A stretch of DNA of 64,000 nucleotides from Candidatus Alcyoniella australis (GTDB lineage Bacteria > Lernaellota > Lernaellaia > JAVCCG01 > Alcyoniellaceae): positions 7,489 through 71,488 of the forward strand of contig JAVCCG010000095.1 in assembly GCA_030765605.1 (NCBI GenBank). Reading direction: 5' to 3'. Of this stretch, positions 41,382 to 50,624 are shown piece after piece. The position numbers and the translations under genes are program-made. The notes beneath the pieces were generated by a model. That model did not search any database. It was not told the DNA's origin and worked only from the letters and a program-made list of their open reading frames with translations. Within the stretch, counting starts at the first letter, position 1; the number at the start of each line of letters is the position of its first letter.

Positions 41382-42524
41382 CTACCCCTTATCGCGCGGA
41401 AGCGGTTCGTGATTAAGGGCCAAGCCGATCTGCCCCAAGGCGATAGCCTGGTCGCCCACAGGCAACTTGTTCGACTTGAGATATTGCAGCCCCGCGGCGT
41501 GCAGGCGTTCGACGAGCAATCCCTCGAACAGGCTGTTGAGAAAACATCCGCCAGCGGCTAGCACCTTGTCGGTCGAGGCTTGCGCCGCCAACTCAATTGC
41601 AACGCTGGCCGTGGCCTGTGCCGCTGCGACGTGAAACGCGGCCGCCAGCTCGGGTGCATGTTCGGGCGCGCTCAGAGCGTCTTGGACCAGGTTGGGAAAG
41701 TCGATTTGCAGCAGGCCGTCGGCATTGGATTCGACCCTAAACGGCCACTGGGCGGTCAAACCGTGCACGTCTTGTTGCTGTGCCAAGTTCTGCAGGTCAA
41801 TGGCGGGCTGGGCCTCGAATTGGGCCTGGGTGCGTACACCGAGCAAAGCTGAGACCGCGTCGAACCAGCGGCCAAGGGAGGTCGAACGCGCCATTGGCAT
41901 GTCGCTGGTCAGCGAGCGCAGCAGCAGGTCCAGATCGCCCGGATCGACCTTGCGCAGTGCAAGCCAACCTTCGATGGTATCGTGGGGCATGCCGCGTTCG
42001 AGCAGCAGAGCCAGGGCGATGCGCCAAGGCTGTCTGATTGCCGCGTCGCCGCCGGGCAGGGGCAGGGGGGCGAAGTGCGCGCGCCGCACAAGACCATCGT
42101 CCAACGAGCCGCTGAACAGCTCGCCGCCCCAGGCCGTGCCGTCGTCGCCAAATCCCGTGCCGTCAAACGCCAGGCCGACAACCGGTTCGTGGTACAGCCC
42201 GTGTTCCAGGCAAACCGCGGCCACATGCGCCCGGTGGTGCTGGACCGTGATCAGCTCGATCCCGCGCTCGTCGGCGATGCGCTGCGCGAGCATGCTCGAG
42301 AAGTAGCCGGGGTGCGCGTCTCGTACAATGCCTGCCGGCCGGTGCTGTTCGACGAAGTCCTCGAGGGCGTCCTGATTGTCCGGGTCGGCCAGATCGCCGA
42401 TCTCGTCGGCCACGTGCGCCATGCCGCCATCGGCCAGAGCAGGGCGGCACTTGAGATCGCCGCCGATGGCTATCAGCGGAACGGCGGTCGGGCGGGGTAG
42501 TTGGATGCTGACCATAGATGACAC
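41382..42524 (-). CDS. hypF: Short HypF (Kae1-like carbamoyltransferase domain only)
   Basis: DAHPGY, QHHRAH, FDGTGFGDDGTAWGGE, TSLGRWFDAV, PVGDQAIALGQ; 380 aa, with no acylphosphatase, Zn-finger or YrdC-like region. Confidence 0.88.
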   Translation of the reverse strand: MSSMVSIQLPRPTAVPLIAIGGDLKCRPALADGGMAHVADEIGDLADPDNQDALEDFVEQHRPAGIVRDAHPGYFSSMLAQRIADERGIELITVQHHRAHVAAVCLEHGLYHEPVVGLAFDGTGFGDDGTAWGGELFSGSLDDGLVRRAHFAPLPLPGGDAAIRQPWRIALALLLERGMPHDTIEGWLALRKVDPGDLDLLLRSLTSDMPMARSTSLGRWFDAVSALLGVRTQAQFEAQPAIDLQNLAQQQDVHGLTAQWPFRVESNADGLLQIDFPNLVQDALSAPEHAPELAAAFHVAAAQATASVAIELAAQASTDKVLAAGGCFLNSLFEGLLVERLHAAGLQYLKSNKLPVGDQAIALGQIGLALNHEPLPRDKG

Positions 42525-42530
42525 TCTAAA

Positions 42531-43031
42531 TTAGTTTAAATCAGCAAACGATAAGTCGTCGGTGAGCGCGGTCTCGAAATCTTTAGAGAGCAGTAACGGT
42601 ACGATGAACTCCAACGCGGCCTCGAGGTTGGCTGTTGCGCGCTCGCCCAGCCACTGGCCGAACTCGTTGAACTCGTGGCCGCGGATTCCCAATGCGTAGC
42701 CGCGGGCCTTGCTCTGGAACAGCTCATGGGCCAGGGCAAGCACCGCCGCGGGTTCCACGCTGTGGCTGCTGAAGCTCGTCGCCGCCTTGGGCTGGATTCG
42801 GCAAAAGAAAAACGGCTCAGGCCCTTTAACCGCGGCGTCAACGAAGATCACCACGTCGTGTTCGGCCACGGCCGCAGCGTCCTCCACGCTGAGCTGATAG
42901 TTGGAGTCCACCGTGACCTCTGGAAGATCCAGCCCGGTCAGCCTTTCAATCAGCGCCGGACCCAAGCCATCGTCAAGGCGACCCGGGTTGCCGTAGCCGA
43001 TCAGCAGCACCCGGGTTTTGGAATCGATCAA
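42531..43031 (-). CDS. hoxW: Hydrogenase maturation endopeptidase (HoxW-like)
   Basis: LIGYGNPGRLDDGLG, VIFVDA, SSHS; TTG 43031 overlaps the hoxH TGA. Confidence 0.88.
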   Translation of the reverse strand: MIDSKTRVLLIGYGNPGRLDDGLGPALIERLTGLDLPEVTVDSNYQLSVEDAAAVAEHDVVIFVDAAVKGPEPFFFCRIQPKAATSFSSHSVEPAAVLALAHELFQSKARGYALGIRGHEFNEFGQWLGERATANLEAALEFIVPLLLSKDFETALTDDLSFADLN

Positions 43032-44470
43032 CCTTTGACTTTCCTGTCGACCAGATCGCCCGCGTGATCGTAGAGCTCGACGATCAGCGGCATTTGACCC
43101 ATGGCGTGCGTGGCGCACGACAGGCACGGATCGTAGGCGCGGATCGCGACCTCGATGTGGTTGAGAAGGCCCTCGGTGATCTCGCGACCGTCGAAGTATT
43201 CATCGCAGACCTTCTGCACGGCGCGATTCATCGGCTCATTGTTGTTGGTCGTGGAGACGATCAGGTTGGCCATGGTGATCTGGTCGTTCTGATCGACTTT
43301 ATAGTGATGGAACAGCGTGCCGCGCGGCGCCTCGAGCAGGCCCACGGCCTCGCCGCGACGCTCGCCGGTCTTGACCAGGTCGAGCTTCTGCAGATCCGGG
43401 TCGTGCAGCAGCTCGTTGATCTTCTCGGCCGAATGCAGCAGCTCGATCAGCCGCGCCCAGTGATAGGCCATCGAGACGTGGACCGGCTTGCCGTTGCCGA
43501 GCTCCATGAACTCCTTGCGTTCGGCCTCGGCCTCGGGAGTGTCGATGAAGTCGCAGCAGTTGATGCGCGACAGCGGTCCCACGCGGTACCAGCCGTCTTC
43601 AGGTCCGATCGATTTGATGAACGGGAACTTCATGTACGACCAGGGGCGGACCTCTTCGGCGATGTAGTCGGTGTAGTTCGAGTAGTCGACCTGGTCGAAG
43701 ATCTTGTTGCCCTCGGCGTCGATGGCGCGCAGGTTGCCGTGATAGAGGTCCAGCGCTCCGTCCTCGCGCACCAGGCTCAGGTGGTTTGACTCAAACGTGC
43801 CGAAGCTGGCCAGGGTGCCCAGGTGTTCACGCGTGTAGTTCTTGCAAAGCTCCAGGGCCGAGCGCGACCAGGCGAGCATCTGATCGATGTCCTTGAGGAA
43901 CTCGTCGCGTTCTTCGATAGTCAGGTTCTTGTTGATGCCGCCGGGGATCGCGCCGGTGCCGTGGATCTTCTTGCCCGCGGTGGCGCGGATGATCTCCTGG
44001 CCGTACTTGCGCATCATTACGCCCTGTACCGCCAGTTCCGGGAACTTTTTGGCCACGCCGATCACGTTGCGGATCGCCGGGTCGGCGTCAAAGCCGAACA
44101 GCAGGTCCGGAGAGACCAGGTGGAAGAAGTGCAGCGCGTGCGATTGGAAGGTCTGGCCGTAGTGCATCAGCCGTCGCATTTTTTCGGCGGTGGGAGTCAG
44201 CTGGTCCACGCCCACGATGAGGTCCATCGCCTTGGCCGCGGCCAGGTGATGGCTCACCGGGCAGATGCCGCACAGACGCTGGACCAGCACCGGCGCCTCC
44301 CAATAGGGTCGGCCTTGGACAAAGCGTTCGAACCCGCGAAATTCGACGATATGCAGCCGTGCCTGCTTGACCTTGTTGTGCTCGTCAAGCAACAGCGAGA
44401 CCTTGCCGTGCCCTTCGACGCGGGTCACGGGCTCAATGGCGATTCGTTTTAAATTGGAGTTGGCTTCCAC
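43028..44470 (-). CDS. hoxH: [NiFe]-hydrogenase large subunit, NAD-reducing group 3d
   Basis: EPVTRVEGHGK, L1 QRLCGICPVSH, EAPRGTLFHHY, L2 YDPCLSCATH plus a 25 aa cleavable tail. Confidence 0.96.
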   Translation of the reverse strand: MEANSNLKRIAIEPVTRVEGHGKVSLLLDEHNKVKQARLHIVEFRGFERFVQGRPYWEAPVLVQRLCGICPVSHHLAAAKAMDLIVGVDQLTPTAEKMRRLMHYGQTFQSHALHFFHLVSPDLLFGFDADPAIRNVIGVAKKFPELAVQGVMMRKYGQEIIRATAGKKIHGTGAIPGGINKNLTIEERDEFLKDIDQMLAWSRSALELCKNYTREHLGTLASFGTFESNHLSLVREDGALDLYHGNLRAIDAEGNKIFDQVDYSNYTDYIAEEVRPWSYMKFPFIKSIGPEDGWYRVGPLSRINCCDFIDTPEAEAERKEFMELGNGKPVHVSMAYHWARLIELLHSAEKINELLHDPDLQKLDLVKTGERRGEAVGLLEAPRGTLFHHYKVDQNDQITMANLIVSTTNNNEPMNRAVQKVCDEYFDGREITEGLLNHIEVAIRAYDPCLSCATHAMGQMPLIVELYDHAGDLVDRKVKG

Positions 44471-44499
44471 TGTTGGGCTCCTAGTGTCCGTGAGTTGGC

Positions 44500-45057
44500 T
44501 CAGTCGTACTTGATCAGCTCATAGGGCAGATCGAGCGGTTTGTCGGTCAGCAGCGCCACTAAAGCCTCCCAGAGCATGTCCGCCGGGGGCGGGCAGCCGG
44601 GGAGGTGGTAGTCGATTTTAACTACTTCGTGGCAAGGGTAGACGCGATCGAGAATCAGTGGCAGTTCGGGGTCGTTGGGGATCTGCCCGCTGGGGTTGTA
44701 AACCGTGGGGCCGTTGATATAGGCCTCGTCCAGGCATTCCTTAAGCGGGATGCCGTTGCGCACCGCCGGGATGCCGCCCATGATCGCGCAGTCGCCCACC
44801 GAGATCAGAATCTCGCAGTTGCGACGGAAATCTTGCAGTACGTGAACGTTGTGTTCGTTGGCGCAGCCGCCCTCGACCAGGCCCACGGCGCAGCGCCCCG
44901 TGAACTTCTTGATGTCGTTGATCGGCGACTTGTCGAAATCCACAAGTTCGATCAGCTTGAGAATGCGATCGTCGATGTCCAGCAGCGACATGTGGCAGCC
45001 GAAGCAGCCGGCCAGCGACGTTGTTGCCACTTTGGGTTTGCTCATTTGATTCTCCAC
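44500..45057 (-). CDS. hoxY: [NiFe]-hydrogenase small subunit
   Basis: SLAGCFGCHMS, VEGGC, GDCA, LPGCPP; short single-cluster type. Confidence 0.95.
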   Translation of the reverse strand: MENQMSKPKVATTSLAGCFGCHMSLLDIDDRILKLIELVDFDKSPINDIKKFTGRCAVGLVEGGCANEHNVHVLQDFRRNCEILISVGDCAIMGGIPAVRNGIPLKECLDEAYINGPTVYNPSGQIPNDPELPLILDRVYPCHEVVKIDYHLPGCPPPADMLWEALVALLTDKPLDLPYELIKYD

Positions 45058-45773
45058 TACTGGGCCGCGGATTTACCGGATTCGATATCCGATCCGATGG
45101 GCGTATTGTCGTAGTCGCGTTTGCCGATCGGCTTGGCAAAGCCCACGCGCTTGCGCAACAGCGCTCCCACGGGGCAGACCTCGGCGGCTTTGTCCGAGGC
45201 GGCCATGTCGGTGTCGGCGAGGTTGGCCTCGGAGTTGACTGCCACGCGCTTATCGCTGCCGCGGCCGACGAACTGGAATACGTTTTTACCGTCGACGTCG
45301 CGCGAGGCCTGGACGCAGCGGCCGCACATCACGCAGCGGTTGCGGTCGATGAAGATGTCCGGGTGCGTGGCGTCGATGTCGCGCTTGGGGAACATGTAGG
45401 GATACTGCGGCGCGGTGATGCCGAAGCGGTAGGCCAGGGCCTGCAGCTCGCAGTCTCCGCTCTTCTCGCAGAACATGCAGAAGTGATTTCCCTCGACGAA
45501 GTGCATGTCGATCAAGGCGCGGCGGTGCTTGTTGAGTTCCGCCGATTCGTTGGTGACCTCGATCCCGGGCGCTGCGGGCTGGGTGCAGGCCGCCTGCGGC
45601 CGGCCGTTGATCAGCACGGTGCAGATCCGGCAGCCGCCGTAGGGCTTGAGCCCCTCGCAGTAGCACAGGCGCGGGATGTACACGCCGGATTGATCCGCCG
45701 CCTCGATGATCGTCTGGCCCTTGGTTGCGGTGACCTCGACGCCGTCGATCGTGAATGTGAAAGTGTCGCTCAT
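45057..45773 (-). CDS. hoxU: Diaphorase Fe-S subunit
   Basis: IPRLC, GCRICTV, HFCMFCEKSGDCELQ, RCVMCGRCV, VCPVGAL. Confidence 0.93.
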   Translation of the reverse strand: MSDTFTFTIDGVEVTATKGQTIIEAADQSGVYIPRLCYCEGLKPYGGCRICTVLINGRPQAACTQPAAPGIEVTNESAELNKHRRALIDMHFVEGNHFCMFCEKSGDCELQALAYRFGITAPQYPYMFPKRDIDATHPDIFIDRNRCVMCGRCVQASRDVDGKNVFQFVGRGSDKRVAVNSEANLADTDMAASDKAAEVCPVGALLRKRVGFAKPIGKRDYDNTPIGSDIESGKSAAQ

Positions 45774-45787
45774 CTGTTTATTTCCTC

Positions 45788-47605
45788 TCAGTCGTCAAAG
45801 TGAACCGGCTGACGGCCCTGAACCCTCACTGCGTCGCCCAGCGCCTTGTTGATGTCGAACGTCGACTGCATGCCGTCGGTGACCTCGTGCAGCTTCGAAT
45901 CGTACAGGGCACGGAAATTCTCGATCGTGGTCAGTATCGGGTTGGGCGAGGTCTGCCCCAGGCCGCAGCGGCTGGTGACCTTGACCGCCTTGCCAAGTTC
46001 GGTCAGGTAATCGATGTCGCTGGGCTCGCCCTGGCCCTCGCGGATCAAGTCGAGGCGCTGTTTGAGCAGCACATTGCCCACGCGGCAGGGGGTGCAGAAG
46101 CCGCAGCTCTCCTCGATGAAGAATTCCATGAAGTGCGAGGCGATCTCCAACACGTCGCGCTGCGGGCCGAAGACCATCATCGATCCGCCCGTGGCCAGGT
46201 CGGAGTAGCTGATCCTGTTGTCGAACTTGTCCTGGCCGATGCACTGGCCCGAGGGGCCGCCGACCTGCACCGCCACTGCGTCTTGGGCGCCGACCTCGGC
46301 CAGCAGCTCGGTGACCGTGACGCCCATTTCCATCTCGTAGACGCCGGGGCGCTCGATGTCGCCCGAGACGCTGAGCAGCTTGGTGCCCGGGCTCTCCGGG
46401 TCGCCGATGGCCGCGAACCACGCTGGGCCGTTTTCGGCCACGCGCGCCGCGCAGCAGAAGGTCTCGACGTTGTTGACGATCGTCGGCGCGTCGAGGTAGC
46501 CCTTTTGAGCGGGGAAGGGCGGGCGATTCTTGGGCTCGCCGCGTCCGCCCTCGGCCGAGGCGATCAGCGCGGTCTCCTCGCCGCAGATATAGGCGCCGGC
46601 GCCCATCTGGATCCGGATGTCGAAGTAAAACCCAGCCTTGCCGCCGATGTCCTTGCCCAGCAGTCCGGCGGCGCGACGCTGATCCAGGGTGGCCTCAAGG
46701 AACCGGCGCAGATAGGCGTATTCGCCGCGTAGGTAGATGATGCCCTCGCTTGAGCCGATGGCGTAGCCCGCTAAGGTCATGCCCTCGATCATCAGCTCGG
46801 GCATCTGGGTCAGGATCACGCGGTCTTTGAAAGTGCCCGGCTCGCCCTCGTCGGCGTTGCAGATCACAAAACGCCGCTCGCCCTTGGCCCTGCGCGCAAA
46901 TTCCCACTTCATGCCCGTGGGGAATCCGGCGCCGCCGCGGCCGCGCAGCTTGCTGTCCTTGATCTGTCCGATCAACTCCTCGGGGCTGAGCTCGAGCGCC
47001 TTGGCCAACGCCGCGCCGGGCTGGTAGTCGCTGAAGATCACCTCGCCGGCCTTGCGCAGGTTGTTGCGCACCATCTGGTTTACCAGCTCCGAGGCGTTGT
47101 TGCCCTCGCCCGGCTGGGTGATCAGCGAGCGCGGGTCGCCGGTCTGCTTAAGCTTGCGCGCCATCTCGCGCGCGCTGTCGGGAGTCAGGCCGGTGACCAC
47201 CACGTCGTTGACCAGGGCCGCGGGACACTGGTCGCACATTCCGATGCATGAGGTGTGCTCAAGGGAGATCATCGAGTCCGGCGTGGTCTGGCCAAAGCTG
47301 ATGCCCAGCTCCTGCTCCAGCGCCTCGCCGATCTGCTGGGCGCCGCCGATGTTGCCCATCGCACAGTTCGATAGTCGGATGACAATTTTGCCCTGGGGTT
47401 GCTCGGAGAGAAAAGCGTAGAAGCTGACCACTCCCTGAACCTCGACGCGGTGTGTACCCAGCTGGCGAGCGATGATCTCCATTGCCTCGCCGCTGACGTG
47501 GCCGAACTTCGCCTGCACTGCCTGGACAACGTCCATTAAGCGCATTGGTGAATTGCCATAATCCTTGCACAAGGATATAATGGTGCCATTAGTGGAAGTT
47601 TGCAT
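45788..47605 (-). CDS. hoxF: Diaphorase flavoprotein subunit (NuoE-like + NuoF-like)
   Basis: SCIGMCDQ, LRGRGGAGFPTGMKW, CNADEGEPGTFKDR, GAYICGEETAL, ESCGFCTPCRVG..SRCGLG. Confidence 0.95.
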   Translation of the reverse strand: MQTSTNGTIISLCKDYGNSPMRLMDVVQAVQAKFGHVSGEAMEIIARQLGTHRVEVQGVVSFYAFLSEQPQGKIVIRLSNCAMGNIGGAQQIGEALEQELGISFGQTTPDSMISLEHTSCIGMCDQCPAALVNDVVVTGLTPDSAREMARKLKQTGDPRSLITQPGEGNNASELVNQMVRNNLRKAGEVIFSDYQPGAALAKALELSPEELIGQIKDSKLRGRGGAGFPTGMKWEFARRAKGERRFVICNADEGEPGTFKDRVILTQMPELMIEGMTLAGYAIGSSEGIIYLRGEYAYLRRFLEATLDQRRAAGLLGKDIGGKAGFYFDIRIQMGAGAYICGEETALIASAEGGRGEPKNRPPFPAQKGYLDAPTIVNNVETFCCAARVAENGPAWFAAIGDPESPGTKLLSVSGDIERPGVYEMEMGVTVTELLAEVGAQDAVAVQVGGPSGQCIGQDKFDNRISYSDLATGGSMMVFGPQRDVLEIASHFMEFFIEESCGFCTPCRVGNVLLKQRLDLIREGQGEPSDIDYLTELGKAVKVTSRCGLGQTSPNPILTTIENFRALYDSKLHEVTDGMQSTFDINKALGDAVRVQGRQPVHFDD

Positions 47606-47882
47606 TGATTACCTCAACCGGATGTGCTTACTACGTTACTTGCCAGCAAAAACCAAACATTTAATTAGCATCTAAAAAGTCATAAGTCCACATGAAGAAT
47701 GACAAATAAACGATAATATGTTGATAAAAACACAAATAATTCCTATATTGATATTAATTGGTCAAACAAGTCCGCCAGCCCCCGCTTCGGCCGTCGTTAA
47801 GAGCCGGTAACAAACCAAAAGAAAAAAACAATATCAAATCGAGCTTGTCGGAATCGCAAATAAAAGCTAGACTCCCGCGCAG

Positions 47883-47900
47883 TGAATGAGGGCTCATTCA
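47883..47900. promoter_or_regulatory. Perfect inverted repeat in the AT-rich hoxF/FNT divergent region (candidate operator)
   Basis: TGAATGAG-GG-CTCATTCA. Confidence 0.4.
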
Positions 47901-48050
47901 TAAGGCGGTTTGGTAGCCACCTATACCAATCACAGAAAGCAGACATAAATTATCGGCAACTGGCGATATGTCTGACTAGATGATCGGGCAACAAGTAGCG
48001 TGAGCCCATGATTGAAAAAACAACCCGATGAAACAAAAAGGGAGCGAGTG

Positions 48051-48902
48051 ATGAGCGAGAAAATCTCTTTTGACGCTTTGATCCCGGCTGCGATGGCGAA
48101 CAAGGCCGAGAACGTCGGAGTGGCAAAGGGTAACATGGACGCGATTTCCATGTTTTTCCTTGCCATTCTGGCTGGCGCCTTCATCGCGATGGGCGCCGTG
48201 TTCTGCACAACTGCGGTCACCAACGGTGGCGATCTGCCTTATGGCATTACCAAGCTGCTCGGTGGCTTGGCGTTCTGCCTGGGTTTAATCCTGGTAGTAG
48301 TTGCGGGCGCGGAACTTTTCACCGGCAACAACTTGATCGTGATGGCCGTTGCCAGCAAAAAGCTGCCGATGTCCAAGCTGCTGCGCAACTGGGTGATCGT
48401 CTACGTGGGCAACTTAATCGGCTCAGTGCTGACAGCCTACTTGATGTACCTCACCCGCACCTGGGAGACCGGTGCTGGTGGAGCATTGGGTATCACGGCC
48501 GTCAATATCGCCGGCGGCAAAGCCGGTTTGACCTTCGTCGTGGCGCTGACCCGCGGCATTTTCTGTAACGCGCTGGTCTGCCTGGCCGTGTGGCTGTGCT
48601 TCTCGGCGCGTAGCGTCGAAGGCAAGATCCTGGCAATCATCTTCCCGATCGCAGCGTTTGTCGCCGCCGGGTTTGAGCATTGTGTTGCCAACATGTACTT
48701 CATCCCGGCCGGCCTGTTCATCAAGTCCGGTGCGAGCCCCGAGTACTTGGCAGCGGCCAAGGATGTGGCGCTGGCCAACCTGACCTGGGGGAAATTCTTC
48801 ATCGGCAACCTGCTGCCTGTAACCATCGGTAACATCATCGGTGGTTCCGGATTCGTGGGCGTTGTCTACTGGATCGTCTATCGCAGGAATGCAAAAGACT
48901 GA
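48051..48902 (+). CDS. Formate/nitrite transporter (FNT) channel, FocA-like
   Basis: LAILAGAFIA, GAELFTGN, RGIFCNALVCLAVW, GFEHCVANM, VTIGNIIGG; SD GGGAG. Confidence 0.92.
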   Translation: MSEKISFDALIPAAMANKAENVGVAKGNMDAISMFFLAILAGAFIAMGAVFCTTAVTNGGDLPYGITKLLGGLAFCLGLILVVVAGAELFTGNNLIVMAVASKKLPMSKLLRNWVIVYVGNLIGSVLTAYLMYLTRTWETGAGGALGITAVNIAGGKAGLTFVVALTRGIFCNALVCLAVWLCFSARSVEGKILAIIFPIAAFVAAGFEHCVANMYFIPAGLFIKSGASPEYLAAAKDVALANLTWGKFFIGNLLPVTIGNIIGGSGFVGVVYWIVYRRNAKD

Positions 48903-48921
48903 TCGGACTACACGAGAGCTT

Positions 48922-48954
48922 AAAAGGGCCGGCCTTGCGCCGGCCCTTTTTTTT
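48922..48954. terminator. Intrinsic (probably bidirectional) terminator
   Basis: AAAAGGGCCGGC-CTTGC-GCCGGCCC-T8 between the convergent FNT and pgi genes. Confidence 0.9.
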
Positions 48955-48974
48955 ACCCGCGCTAATTATCCGGG

Positions 48975-50624
48975 TTAGCCGTCGTTGCCAATCGCCGCGG
49001 CGATGCGCTCGATTTGTGTGGCCGGATCAGGTCCCAGGCCGATGCGCAGCACGTGCCTGCCGCACTTTAGCAGCGCGCGACAATCGCCCATGGCCTGGGC
49101 GTGTTTCAATACGGCGAAACTGACGTTTGAACTGATCCCGCCGGGCTCGTCTGGGATCGGCACGTCCAGTTCGGCCCTGGAGATGATTTGCACGAACACG
49201 CCGTTGTTCGGTCCGCCCTTATGCAGCTGTCCTGTCGAGTGCAAATAGCGCGGGCCGAAGCTCGCGGTGGTGGCCACGGGATTGATTGCGAACAGGCGGC
49301 CGCGCAGCTTGTTCAGCGCGGCATAGGTCTGCGGCCGGGGATCGACGTAGGCCTGCAACGCCAAGTAGCCGCCCTGCGGGCAGCTTTGCGCAAACTTCGA
49401 CAGGACGGCGCTGATTTGCGCCTCGTCGGTCAGCAGTGGGGGCAGGGCCTTGTCCGCCGATTCCAAGGACTCGGTGCGGATGTACTCGGCGGTCAGTTCC
49501 CGCGCCACGGCCTTGGCCGATTCTACGTCCGGCTGGTCAAAGGGGTTGACTCCCAGCACGTGGCAGGTCGCGGCCGTTGCCAGCTCCCAGAGCATGATCT
49601 GCTCTCCCAGCTGGTAGACATCGTGCAGCCGGAAGCTGATCAGCGGGTGGCCGCGTTCGACCAGGGAGCTGCACAGGGCTTGGTGCGGTACGTCCCCGGC
49701 AAGACCGATGCGCACGAACACGCGATCCGATCCGTATTCGTCGACCGCGGCGATCGGCTCGTGGATGATCGGCAAAATGCCTTGGCCGTGTTTGCCGGTG
49801 CTCTCGGCGATTAGCTGTTCGAGCCAGTCGCCCAGCGCGGCCAGCTGGGGGGAGAGCAATAGGGTTAATTTGTCGCGTCCGGCCAGCGCCAGTTCGCCCA
49901 GGGCCGCGCCGAGCTCCAGCCCGGGCCCGGGATCAACGGCCAGGCGCGCGGCCGGTTCCAGCAGCCGTTCGAGGTCTACGCCGATCAGGCCCGCGGGCAC
50001 CAGGCCGAAGTAGGTCAGGGCCGAGTAGCGGCCGCCGACCTGCGGGTCGTTGATAAAGCAATCGCGCAGCCCCAGCTCGCCGGCCAGCTTCTCAAGCTGC
50101 TTCCCGGAGTCGGTGATCGCCACGAAGTGCTCGCCGGCCTTAGTCGCGCCCAGGGCCCGCACGTACATCCCGTGGAAGAATTTGAACAGCGAGAGCGTCT
50201 CGATCGTTCCGCCGGACTTGGTCGAGACCACGAACACGGTCTGCGCCAGCTCCAGCGAGCGGGCGCAGTCGAGGATCGCGCCCGGGTCGGTGGTGTCCAG
50301 CAGCGTGAACTGCAAGTAGCCCGCAGTGCTGCCCAGGATCGACGAGAACATCTGCGGCGCCAGGCTCGAGCCGCCCATGCCCAGCAGAACCACGTGGGTA
50401 ATGCCCTCCTGGAGAAGCTTTTGGGTCAGATCACGGATGCGTTGCAGGTCGACCCGGCGCGTGGTGGGCGCCCAGAGCCAACCGAGCTTGTCAGCACAGT
50501 CCTTTGGTTCGTCGGTCCACAGAGTGTGGTCCATGTGCTGCATGCGCTCAAAAAAGCGTTGGTCCGTCATTTGCTTCAGTCGCTCGCGTTGCGCTGTTTG
50601 ATACTCTCCCAGGCGGTACATCAA
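48975..50624 (-). CDS. pgi: Glucose-6-phosphate isomerase (type resembling the Pgi half of Tal/Pgi fusions)
   Basis: LGMGGSSLAP, STKSGGTIET, VGGRYSAL, EQLIAESTGK, NPFDQPDVE, GPRYLHSTGQLHKGG. Confidence 0.88.
   Translation of the reverse strand: MMYRLGEYQTAQRERLKQMTDQRFFERMQHMDHTLWTDEPKDCADKLGWLWAPTTRRVDLQRIRDLTQKLLQEGITHVVLLGMGGSSLAPQMFSSILGSTAGYLQFTLLDTTDPGAILDCARSLELAQTVFVVSTKSGGTIETLSLFKFFHGMYVRALGATKAGEHFVAITDSGKQLEKLAGELGLRDCFINDPQVGGRYSALTYFGLVPAGLIGVDLERLLEPAARLAVDPGPGLELGAALGELALAGRDKLTLLLSPQLAALGDWLEQLIAESTGKHGQGILPIIHEPIAAVDEYGSDRVFVRIGLAGDVPHQALCSSLVERGHPLISFRLHDVYQLGEQIMLWELATAATCHVLGVNPFDQPDVESAKAVARELTAEYIRTESLESADKALPPLLTDEAQISAVLSKFAQSCPQGGYLALQAYVDPRPQTYAALNKLRGRLFAINPVATTASFGPRYLHSTGQLHKGGPNNGVFVQIISRAELDVPIPDEPGGISSNVSFAVLKHAQAMGDCRALLKCGRHVLRIGLGPDPATQIERIAAAIGNDG

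Noticed and set aside
43100..43140. Selenocysteine ([NiFeSe]) in the hydrogenase large subunit
   Set aside because: L2 motif is DPCLSC with Cys codons and no in-frame TGA.
47690..47770. FNR/Rex boxes upstream of hoxF (e.g. TGTTGATAAAAACACAA)
   Set aside because: Only half-site matches in very AT-rich DNA; not distinguishable from chance.
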